Shown: positions 27,853-35,176 of the stretch, piece by piece
Layout of the letters: each line of letters begins with the position of its first letter
Position numbering within the stretch: the stretch's first letter is position 1
DNA from: Candidatus Bathyarchaeota archaeon
GTDB lineage: Archaea > Thermoproteota > Bathyarchaeia > TCS64
Assembly: GCA_016783455.1 (NCBI GenBank)
Contig: JADHWN010000001.1
Location: 41,930 to 105,929, forward strand
Length of the DNA: 64,000 nt
Direction: 5' to 3'
Translations under genes and position numbers: made by a program
Notes under the pieces: model-generated
What the model saw: the letters and a program-made list of their open reading frames with translations, nothing else
Databases searched by the model: none
What the model was told of the DNA's origin: nothing

Positions 27853-28189
27853 CTTTTTCCCTCCTTTTTCTCAGTTCTTCAGGCGATATCTCGATGTGGA
27901 AGTCCCTGAGCTTGTAGTACCTCAGCGCCCGGGCCTCGTCCTCCAGGGTCACGACCCTGGTCTCGACGAGGCCGGCCTCCCTGAGCTTCTTGAGGTGCAC
28001 CTTGGCGAGGGCCCTGCTGATCCCAACGTCCTTGGCTATGCCGCTCAGGTAGCTCTCGCCCTCCGTGAGTGAGGACAGTATCTGGAGCCTTGAGATGTGC
28101 CCCAGCGCCTTGAGCTTGGACGCCAGCTCTTCGATTTCCACGTCTACACGCCTACGGAAACATGTAATAATTTGATTACATATAAGCAT
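27842..28189 (-). CDS. ArsR/SmtB-like winged-HTH transcriptional regulator.
   Basis: HISRLQILSSLTEGESYLSGIAKDVGISRALAKVHLKKLREAGLV is an ArsR-type HTH. Confidence 0.55.
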   Translation of the reverse strand: MLICNQIITCFRRRVDVEIEELASKLKALGHISRLQILSSLTEGESYLSGIAKDVGISRALAKVHLKKLREAGLVETRVVTLEDEARALRYYKLRDFHIEISPEELRKRREKDGL

Positions 28190-28282
28190 TATGTTTCAGG
28201 TAAGGATTCAATATATCATGGAGAACGCCGTCATCGCGGGGACACGTGGGGTTATAAAACCAGAAACCCAGTACAGGGTGAG

Positions 28283-29260
28283 ATGACCATCGACCTATCC
28301 GGCGTCTTCGACGTGACCGAGATCTGGGCGGCCCGGAAGAGGATCTCGGGGATCGTCTACAGGACGCCGCTCGTCTACTCCAGCGGCCTCAGCGAGAGGA
28401 CGGGGAGCCAGGTCTACCTGAAGATGGAGTGCTGGCAGAGGTGCGGGTGCTTCAAGGTGAGGGGGGCCGTGAACCACGTCTCGTCCCTGACGCCCGAGGA
28501 GAGGGGGCGGGGGCTGGTCACCGCCTCCAGCGGGAACCACGCGCTGGCCGTGGCCTTCGCCTCGCAGCTGTTCGGGGATCATCCGACCAGGATCTACGTC
28601 CCGGAGGACGTCGACCCCGCTAAGGTGAAACGGATTCTGGCCTGGGGTCCGGACCTCGTGTACCACGGCAGGAGCTTCCAGGAGACCTTCGACGAGGCGC
28701 GGCGATACGCTAAGGAGAACGGGTCAGTTTTCGTTCACAGCCACGCGGATCCCAAGGTGATCGCTGGGCAGGGCACCATCGGCCTGGAGGTCATGGAGGA
28801 CCTACCCGACGCCGAGGCGATCATCGTCCCAATAGGTGGGGGAGGGCTGGTCTCGGGGATATCGTCGGCGGTGAAGACCGTCTCGGAGGAGGTCAAGGTC
28901 TACGGCGTGGAGCCGACGGCCGCCCCGGGGGCCTACAGGTCCCTGAGGGAGGGGGTGTGCCATGAGACTCTGGATGTGAGTGAGAGCATCGCCGACGGAT
29001 TGCTGGGGGGGTTCGGGAGGCTGCCCTTTGAGATCTGCAGGCGGACGGTGGACGACACGTTCCTAGTCGATGATGGGGAGATCGTGGAGGCCATGGCTGC
29101 GTTCCAGCAGGAGGAGCAGGTGATGGTGGAGCCCGCTTCGTCGGTGGGGCTCGCTGCCATGCTCTCCGGTAAGATCAGGTTGCAGGACAGGAAGGTCGTG
29201 CTGGTGGTCACGAGCAGAAACATCGATGCGTCAAGATACAACCAGCTCATTAAACTCTAA
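28283..29260 (+). CDS. Threonine/serine dehydratase (threonine ammonia-lyase-like, PLP fold-type II).
   Basis: Start at MTIDLSG. The PLP-lysine motif CFKVRGAVN (compare SFKIRGA) and the glycine loop IVPIGGGGLVSGI are both present. Confidence 0.8.
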   Translation: MTIDLSGVFDVTEIWAARKRISGIVYRTPLVYSSGLSERTGSQVYLKMECWQRCGCFKVRGAVNHVSSLTPEERGRGLVTASSGNHALAVAFASQLFGDHPTRIYVPEDVDPAKVKRILAWGPDLVYHGRSFQETFDEARRYAKENGSVFVHSHADPKVIAGQGTIGLEVMEDLPDAEAIIVPIGGGGLVSGISSAVKTVSEEVKVYGVEPTAAPGAYRSLREGVCHETLDVSESIADGLLGGFGRLPFEICRRTVDDTFLVDDGEIVEAMAAFQQEEQVMVEPASSVGLAAMLSGKIRLQDRKVVLVVTSRNIDASRYNQLIKL

Positions 29261-29303
29261 CATTAATATTTCAGTCACACCTAGAACCCCACAGGTGTAA
29301 CTC

Positions 29304-29554
29304 ATGAGCAAAGTTATAGAGTACACCAGGGACATCTTCGGAGACGAAGACGAGTACAGGTGCTGCTACCGCGGCTACCTCGGCAACAAGTACGCTTCCT
29401 CGTCCTCTCCAACAAACGCCTCCTCTTCCTCCACGAGAAGGGCATCTCATCCGACTTCGACAAGATAGTGGATGTCCCCTACGACGAGGTCGCCGACTGC
29501 AGCTGCGTCGACCGCAACCTCATCGCCATTAAAACCATAGAGAAGTTTCGTTAA
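29304..29554 (+). pseudogene. Frameshifted paralog of the small bacterial-PH-domain-like protein encoded at 32771-33082.
   Basis: Frame 1 reads MSKVIEYTRDIFGDEDEYR...GNKYA. It then switches by +1 near 29395 to ...FLVLSNKRLLFLHEKG...IVDVPYDEVAD, which is the 29360-29554 ORF. Together these recapitulate MSKVIEYTKGILGDEDQFK...ILCNQRLLFIHEKG...ILEIPYDRVQEY of the intact paralog. This is either a single-nucleotide indel or a sequencing error. Confidence 0.5.
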
Positions 29555-29624
29555 ATGACGAAAATTTCACTAATTAGCGAAAGTATTTATGAGTCGGATG
29601 TTAGTAAAGTAGCATGGACATCGA

Positions 29625-30260
29625 ATGGCTATGAAACTTACATCCAAGAAATCATACAGAGTCATAGAGCACCTGCTCAAGCAACCCGAGAGCAGCCAAC
29701 TGGGGCTCTCAAACGAGACAGGGGTAGCCCTGGGACACGTGAACAAGATAATCAACTACATGCACGACCTGAACATGGTCTCCAAAAAGTCCCGAAGCTA
29801 CATCCTAACGGACCCCCTCCGACTGCTGGAGAAGATCAGCTTCGAGCGCCCCCTCAAACGGCTGGAGACCACAACGTTCCGCCTTCCCACAACCTCAATC
29901 GTGGAGAGCGAGGAGATCTTGAACAATGCCTGTAATAAAAACAACGTCGACTACGCCCTGACATCCTTCAGCGGCCTAAGACGCTACTACGAGTACCACA
30001 TATCATACCCCTCCATCCACGCCTACGTATCAGACCCAGGGATCGAGACGAAGATAGAGCACGGCGAAGGCGCCATACCCGTCACCCTCCTCAAACCAGA
30101 CAGGCCCGAGATACTCGTCAACTCCCTTGAGATCGACGGACTACGCGCCTGCGACAGGATCCAGATCGTCGTCGACCTGTTCTCAAGCGGATACGGCAGG
30201 GACGCCGCCATGAAGTTCCTAGAGGTCATCCAGCATGGGACAGAGGAACATACTAGCTGA
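29625..30260 (+). CDS. Winged-HTH regulator, AbiEi-like putative antitoxin.
   Basis: 211 aa. N-terminal HTH (LGLSNETGVALGHVNKIINYMHDLNMV). It overlaps the downstream nucleotidyltransferase gene by 26 nt. Confidence 0.45.
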   Translation: MAMKLTSKKSYRVIEHLLKQPESSQLGLSNETGVALGHVNKIINYMHDLNMVSKKSRSYILTDPLRLLEKISFERPLKRLETTTFRLPTTSIVESEEILNNACNKNNVDYALTSFSGLRRYYEYHISYPSIHAYVSDPGIETKIEHGEGAIPVTLLKPDRPEILVNSLEIDGLRACDRIQIVVDLFSSGYGRDAAMKFLEVIQHGTEEHTS

Positions 30261-31029
30261 CCACTCCTACCGGGAGCTCCTCAGCCTACTCGACTGGTTC
30301 TACCTCCACGGACCCATCCCCATCATCATAGGCGGCTGGGCTGTCTTCCTCTACAACTCATATCTCGGATCAGCGGACATCGACCTCGTAGGCCCTAGCA
30401 TGGGCGGCCTCTTCAATAACACCCTTGAGGGCTTCGAGCGCAGCCAGGGCTACGAAGCGGTCACAACCGACAGGTTAGGCCTGCAGACGAGCTTCAGGAA
30501 GCCCGTGATAGAAAACGGGGAGATAGTGGGCCACGTCCAGATCGACGCGTGCACCTACGAGCAGGACACCGGGGGCTTCCACGAGGACCCCTCCATGAAG
30601 CTCCCGTACGCCCTGTGCGCCGAAGCCGACCTCCGCTCCCACGTAAAACTGGACAGCAAGAGAGAGGCCTACATCCCAAGGAAGACCCTGCTCCTCCTCT
30701 ACAAACTCAAAGCCCTCAGGGACAGAACCCACGACCTCAGGACAAAAGGCCCGATACTCGGTTCCGAGAGGAGGAACTGGCTACGCGACAAACGCATAAA
30801 AGACGGAGCAGATCTCATGGCACTGCTGGACCCCCAGCCGAGAACCTGCACCCTAGCAGAGGAACTGGACACAAACCTACTGACCAAGATAATCGAAAAC
30901 CATTCCCTCCAGTTCACCCTGGAAAGCCTAGAAGAACTGCCGAACATGGAGGAAGCACTCAGCCTGTACAGAAACGCAAGCCGAGAGCAAGTAGCAGATT
31001 GGGTAAAAGACACGGTAACACGTAGCTAG
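30235..31029 (+). CDS. AbiEii/DUF1814-like nucleotidyltransferase, putative toxin.
   Basis: 264 aa. IIIGGWAVFLYNSYLGSADIDLVGP matches the AbiEii KGGTAL...R-x-S-x-DID-h nucleotidyltransferase signature, a minimal-NTase G[GS]...D-h-D-h pattern. Confidence 0.5.
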   Translation: MGQRNILADHSYRELLSLLDWFYLHGPIPIIIGGWAVFLYNSYLGSADIDLVGPSMGGLFNNTLEGFERSQGYEAVTTDRLGLQTSFRKPVIENGEIVGHVQIDACTYEQDTGGFHEDPSMKLPYALCAEADLRSHVKLDSKREAYIPRKTLLLLYKLKALRDRTHDLRTKGPILGSERRNWLRDKRIKDGADLMALLDPQPRTCTLAEELDTNLLTKIIENHSLQFTLESLEELPNMEEALSLYRNASREQVADWVKDTVTRS

Positions 31030-31499
31030 ACAAAACACCATTCCAGACACTGAAAGCCTTTGGTACAACGACACCTACAAGGAAAATACAGGTGAAACAA
31101 ACAATCCCACAGTGAAAAATACGCCAAACGATAAAAGAAACCTGAAAACAGCCCCTCCCAATCCGATGCCAGGCAAAAACACGGTCCATTCCCAGAAAAA
31201 CTATCTGAGGGGGGAGGGGGGGGTCATGCATCCGCCTATGAAAAACGCCCCTGCAGACGAAAGGAACCCCGGAAAACCCCCGACACGACCCCGTTCATAC
31301 CAAAAGGGGTACCTATTCATACCAAAAACACGCTCAAAACCCCTCAACGGAACAGTGAAAACACCACACCCAACACAACAGACCTCGCACGAAAAAAACC
31401 CCACGGAACGCTTATCCCCTGCCAGCCACACGCGAAAAAAACGCTTATCATATGTCACCACTCACAACCCCCAAATACACCCGCAGCCACACTACAACC
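31030..31499. repeat. A/C-rich (+ strand) low-complexity noncoding tract 1, internally repetitive.
   Basis: Almost devoid of T and poor in G on the + strand. Internal direct repeats include ttcataccaaaa (twice), acagtgaaaa (twice) and acgcttatc (twice). It contains G6-A-G8-TCATGCATCC at 31209-31233. Confidence 0.6.
31209..31233 (+). repeat. Repeat motif GGGGGGAGGGGGGGG-TCATGCATCC, copy 1. A G-quadruplex-capable run followed by a palindromic ATGCAT core.
   Basis: The same motif recurs at 43324-43349 as G8-A-G7-TCATGCATCC. Confidence 0.7.
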
Positions 31500-32549
31500 A
31501 TGAGACTCAACACCCTACCCAGGGCAGGCCTAGCGGTCACCCCTACACCCCTCCAGCCCCTCCCCAACCTCACCGAGCACCTCGGAGGCCCCACCATCCT
31601 CGTCAAACGCGACGACCTCACAGGCCTCGCATTCGGAGGCAACAAGGCCCGCAAGCTCGACTACCTCATGGGAGACGCCCTCCAGAAGAAGGCTGACATC
31701 ATCGTCACGGGCGCCGGATTCCACAGCAATTGGTGCACCCAGACTGCCGCAGCCTGCTGCAAGCTCGGCCTCCCCCTCATCCTCGTCAAGAGCGGCCCCC
31801 AGGACGGATACGACCCCGACCAGTGGGACGGCAACCACCTCCTCCACCACCTCTACGGAGCAGACATCACCATCCTCAAGGAGGGCTCAGGCCAACGCCG
31901 CCAGGAGATCACAGACGAGCTCCGCGCACAGGGCCGCAACCCCTACCTCATGCCCGTCGGAGGCTCCACCCCCCTCGGCGCCGCAGGATACGTCCACTGC
32001 ATGCTCGAACTCCTCACCCAGGCCGTGGACCAGACCACAGAGATCACCCACCTCTACCACGCCACCGGCTCAGGGGGCACCCAGACCGGACTCGCCCTCG
32101 GCGCCAAGGCCCTCAACACAGGCATCAAGGTCGTCGGCGTCTCCACCGGCTTCGGCGACAGCGCAAGACGCATAGAGAACCTCCTCAGGCTCTCCCACGA
32201 GACCGCCGAGTTCCTGGAGATCGAGACACGTCTCACCGAGGCCGACATCAACGTCCTCGACCAGTACAGCGAGGGATACGGATACGCCACCGAGGCCAAG
32301 ACAGAGGCAATAAAACTCCTCGCAGAGAAGGAGGGCCTCCTCATCGACCCCGTCTACACCGCCACCGCCATGGCAGCCCTCATCGACGACGCCCGGACAG
32401 GAAAGCTCACCGAAGACGACACAGCCGTATTCCTCCACACAGGAGGCACAGCAGCCCTATTCCCATACCGCGACACCCTCAAAGCCCACACCCAGGGGAA
32501 ACCCCTCCCATGGAAGATCCCCCAGTGGAATCCAGACTACACCGGGTAG
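31500..32549 (+). CDS. ACC deaminase / D-cysteine desulfhydrase family PLP enzyme.
   Basis: Start at MRLNTLPR. ILVKRDDLTGLAFGGNKARKLDYLM holds the PLP-lysine in the G-G-N-K-x-R-K-L-E/D context. The glycine loop is HATGSGGTQTG. Codon third positions are almost exclusively A or C. Confidence 0.75.
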   Translation: MRLNTLPRAGLAVTPTPLQPLPNLTEHLGGPTILVKRDDLTGLAFGGNKARKLDYLMGDALQKKADIIVTGAGFHSNWCTQTAAACCKLGLPLILVKSGPQDGYDPDQWDGNHLLHHLYGADITILKEGSGQRRQEITDELRAQGRNPYLMPVGGSTPLGAAGYVHCMLELLTQAVDQTTEITHLYHATGSGGTQTGLALGAKALNTGIKVVGVSTGFGDSARRIENLLRLSHETAEFLEIETRLTEADINVLDQYSEGYGYATEAKTEAIKLLAEKEGLLIDPVYTATAMAALIDDARTGKLTEDDTAVFLHTGGTAALFPYRDTLKAHTQGKPLPWKIPQWNPDYTG

Positions 32550-32770
32550 AACCCACAAAGAAGACAGAACCCAAACCCGAGAACCCCAGAAACCTCCCTA
32601 ATAAATGATAAGAAGAGAGGGACAGGAGAGAAGTGGCCTCTGCAGGAGGACCCTGCCCCCTCCAACCGTAGAACACCCAAAACCCCCTTAAGAGCATGAT
32701 GGGCAACAAAACCTAACCAACCCCTCCAAAATTATAATAAACATAAAACCCAATATGTTCAGGTGCTTAA
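32550..32770. repeat. A/C-rich (+ strand) low-complexity noncoding tract 2.
   Basis: aacccacaaagaagacagaacccaaacccgagaaccccagaaacc... has the same skewed composition as tract 1. Confidence 0.5.
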
Positions 32771-33082
32771 TTGAGCAAGGTAATTGAGTACACGAAGGGG
32801 ATCCTGGGCGACGAAGACCAGTTCAAGACCAGCTTCAGGGGGACCCTCGGCAACAGCTTCGGCTACATCATCCTATGCAACCAACGCCTCCTCTTCATCC
32901 ACGAGAAGGGCACAGGAGGGTTCGACAAGATCCTCGAGATCCCGTACGACCGCGTACAGGAATACGGATTCCCTGAGCCCAACCGACTCAGCATCACCCA
33001 GAAAGAAGGTAACACGAACGAGATAGTGGTCGCTGGCTCCACCCTGTTCCTGAAGATGAGCTTAAAAGAGCTCATACCTTAA
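32771..33082 (+). CDS. Small bacterial-PH-domain-like (bPH/DUF1696-like) protein.
   Basis: 103 aa with a TTG start. GYIILCNQRLLFIHEKG...ILEIPYDRVQEY resembles the YokE-like bPH core. This is the intact paralog of the 29304-29554 pseudogene. Confidence 0.5.
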   Translation: MSKVIEYTKGILGDEDQFKTSFRGTLGNSFGYIILCNQRLLFIHEKGTGGFDKILEIPYDRVQEYGFPEPNRLSITQKEGNTNEIVVAGSTLFLKMSLKELIP

Positions 33083-33106
33083 AAATCACCTATTTTTCCC
33101 ATACCC

Positions 33107-33123
33107 TGAATAACCACCCAACC
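33107..33123 (+). repeat. 17-nt exact repeat TGAATAACCACCCAACC, copy 1. Copy 2 is at 43355-43371.
   Basis: An exact match between two A/C-rich intergenic tracts 10 kb apart. Confidence 0.6.
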
Positions 33124-33189
33124 AGGGCATACCCCTCCCCACACAAAGGACATAACATAAGACCTATGCCACCCACAACACGAGTGGAG

Positions 33190-33519
33190 GAGGTGCAGCG
33201 ACGGCCCCCCAGGGCTCAAGGGCTCACCCACGGACAGGGGCGCACGACCCCCCTCAGGCTCGGGACCCCGCGAGCGCCAAACGTCCAGGCTTAGGCCGCT
33301 CCCTCCCGGGCCTCACCGGTTCACCCGACTACAGCCCCCACGCCCCCCTACGAGGGCGCAGAGAACAACCGCCGACCCCGCGGGACAAGCCCTCGACGGA
33401 GAGCCGCACGTCTTACCCGCAGGCTTCACCCCATCACACCGAGGTTACTGACCCCTCCTATAGCCCGTTTGAAGGCAAGGGGAAGGGCTAGCTCCCGGTC
33501 CTACCCGCCGCTGCACCAA
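33190..33519 (-). ncRNA. Signal recognition particle RNA (archaeal 7S / SRP RNA) candidate.
   Basis: The minus-strand RNA contains CCGGUGAGGCCCGGGAGGGAGCGGCCUAAGCCUGG. This closely parallels the universally conserved SRP helix-8 region of E. coli 4.5S, CCAGGUCAGGUCCGGAAGGAAGCAGCCAAGGC, including a GNRA-type GGGA tetraloop. The 5' GGUGCAGCGGCGG pairs with the 3' CCGUCGCUGCACC to form the long terminal helix. Length is about 326 nt. The region is GC-rich and noncoding. Confidence 0.65.
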
Positions 33520-33553
33520 CCACAACGCAGCCCGACGATAAAACCGTTACGCA

Positions 33554-34417
33554 CTAGAGGATCGGCACCAGACCGAACTTAACAAGGCTCAGAAGCAGGT
33601 TAGAGACCATCAGCGCCAGGAAGCTGAACATAGTCATCCGCTCCAGAACCCTGCCCCACCCCGGCTTCGTCGCCAGATACTCCCTCACCATCTGCCCCCC
33701 ATCCAGCGGATAGATGGGTAGCATGTTCACCATCGCCAGGTTAATCGACAGAAAGTAAAGCCAGTTCAGGAACACACCCACCACCCGGGGCAGGCTTCCC
33801 CCCACCACGGAGAAGACACCCACCACCAGCAGCCCCGTCACCAGGTTCACCAGGGAACCGGACGCGAAGACCCGCAGCTTAGACATCAGCCCAGCCCTCC
33901 CCAGGGACTCCTCATCGGGCTCCACGGCCCCCCCGAAGGTCACCACCGCCACCAGCAGCGCCGCCGACCTCACCTCGATCCCCTCAACCGCGCACATCAC
34001 CCCGTGGCTCAGCTCATGGAGAAGGATCACCACCCCCGCCGCAGCCAGGAACCAGACCATGCTCTGAAACTGGATGGTCACCCCCGGGATCAGGGGCATC
34101 ACCGGAGACGCCTCGGCCGGCACGTAGAGGAACCTGTAAAGATTAAGGAACAGCATGTATGTCATGAACGCCACCTGACCGAAGAAGGAGGCCACACCCA
34201 CGTTCCCCACCACCCTCCAGAGCCCCGGACGCCAGCTCCCCACACGGATCAGCACCGAGTTCAACCGCGTCGACTTATACATCGCGTAGAGGGGATGAAG
34301 CTCAACCCCGAACCTCTCCAGCTTCAGGAACCTCGCCAACAAGTAGAAGACGAACCACCCCACAACTAGAAGACCTAGAGTAGCGTACGTCTCATACCAC
34401 ATGGCCAAACTTGACAC
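33554..34417 (-). CDS. Site-2 protease (M50 family) intramembrane metalloprotease.
   Basis: 287 aa, polytopic. HExxH appears in VILLHELSHGVMCA. The LDG motif appears in NMLPIYPLDGGQM. Confidence 0.75.
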   Translation of the reverse strand: MSSLAMWYETYATLGLLVVGWFVFYLLARFLKLERFGVELHPLYAMYKSTRLNSVLIRVGSWRPGLWRVVGNVGVASFFGQVAFMTYMLFLNLYRFLYVPAEASPVMPLIPGVTIQFQSMVWFLAAAGVVILLHELSHGVMCAVEGIEVRSAALLVAVVTFGGAVEPDEESLGRAGLMSKLRVFASGSLVNLVTGLLVVGVFSVVGGSLPRVVGVFLNWLYFLSINLAMVNMLPIYPLDGGQMVREYLATKPGWGRVLERMTMFSFLALMVSNLLLSLVKFGLVPIL

Positions 34418-34474
34418 CAGCGAGCTTTACTAATAAGCGAAACCCCCCTTTAAATACCGTTTGAGGAGGGAGCG

Positions 34475-35158
34475 ATGACAGACAACATCGAGGTCGAGTA
34501 CACCCAGGAACACTGGGAACTCCTCAGCAGGCTCAGGGACGAGGCCAAGACTCTCACCCGCCCCCTCGCGGAGGCTCACATCGAGGCCCTCGTCTACGGC
34601 AGCATCGCCCGCGGAGACGTCCACACCGGAAGCGACATCGACGTATTCATCCCCAGCCCACCCGCCCCCACCATCCTCGAAACCCTCATCAACCGCACAG
34701 GCATCCAGACCGCCAACAGGGAGATCATTCAGGCCACACCCACGTACGCCGCCAAGGGCTACATCCATGCAGCCGAAAACAGGAGCTACTCCTTCCCCCT
34801 CGTCCAGCTTCGAGCCCACGAACGGGAGTTCTACGACTTCGCGGGGTCCCTCACCCCCAAACAGCTACAGGATGGAACACGGGTCCCAGGAGTCGACAAG
34901 CACCTAAAGCTAATAGAGCCCACGGAACGAGGGCACACCGAGACCCCCATCCAGGGCAGGGAGGGGGTCGTCGCAAAGACCCTGGGCGTAGGCGTCACCA
35001 TCGTCCTAGACAGGGTCCGAACCCTCCAGCGCAGGGAGAGGATAGGCAGGACCGGGGTCTACATAAAACGCCCCCTCGCCCCCGACGAGACGTTCGGGGA
35101 TGTCTACCAGCAGCTGGCACGGACAAGGCCCGCTCTGAGACGCAGAATGAGAATGTAA
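34475..35158 (+). CDS. Pol-beta-superfamily nucleotidyltransferase-domain protein.
   Basis: LVYGSIARGDVHTGSDIDVFIPS matches the GS-x9-13-D-h-D nucleotidyltransferase motif. The C-terminal roughly 120 aa is uncharacterised. Confidence 0.6.
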   Translation: MTDNIEVEYTQEHWELLSRLRDEAKTLTRPLAEAHIEALVYGSIARGDVHTGSDIDVFIPSPPAPTILETLINRTGIQTANREIIQATPTYAAKGYIHAAENRSYSFPLVQLRAHEREFYDFAGSLTPKQLQDGTRVPGVDKHLKLIEPTERGHTETPIQGREGVVAKTLGVGVTIVLDRVRTLQRRERIGRTGVYIKRPLAPDETFGDVYQQLARTRPALRRRMRM

Positions 35159-35176
35159 AAAAAGGGAATTATGAGG

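Noticed and set aside
31112-32608. ORFs 31112-31696, 31201-31461(-), 31730-32608 and 30549-31025 with Pro/His/Arg/Thr/Gln-rich translations.
   Set aside because: These are artefacts of translating the A/C-rich tracts or alternative frames of the ACC-deaminase-like and AbiEii-like genes. They have no start context or homology.
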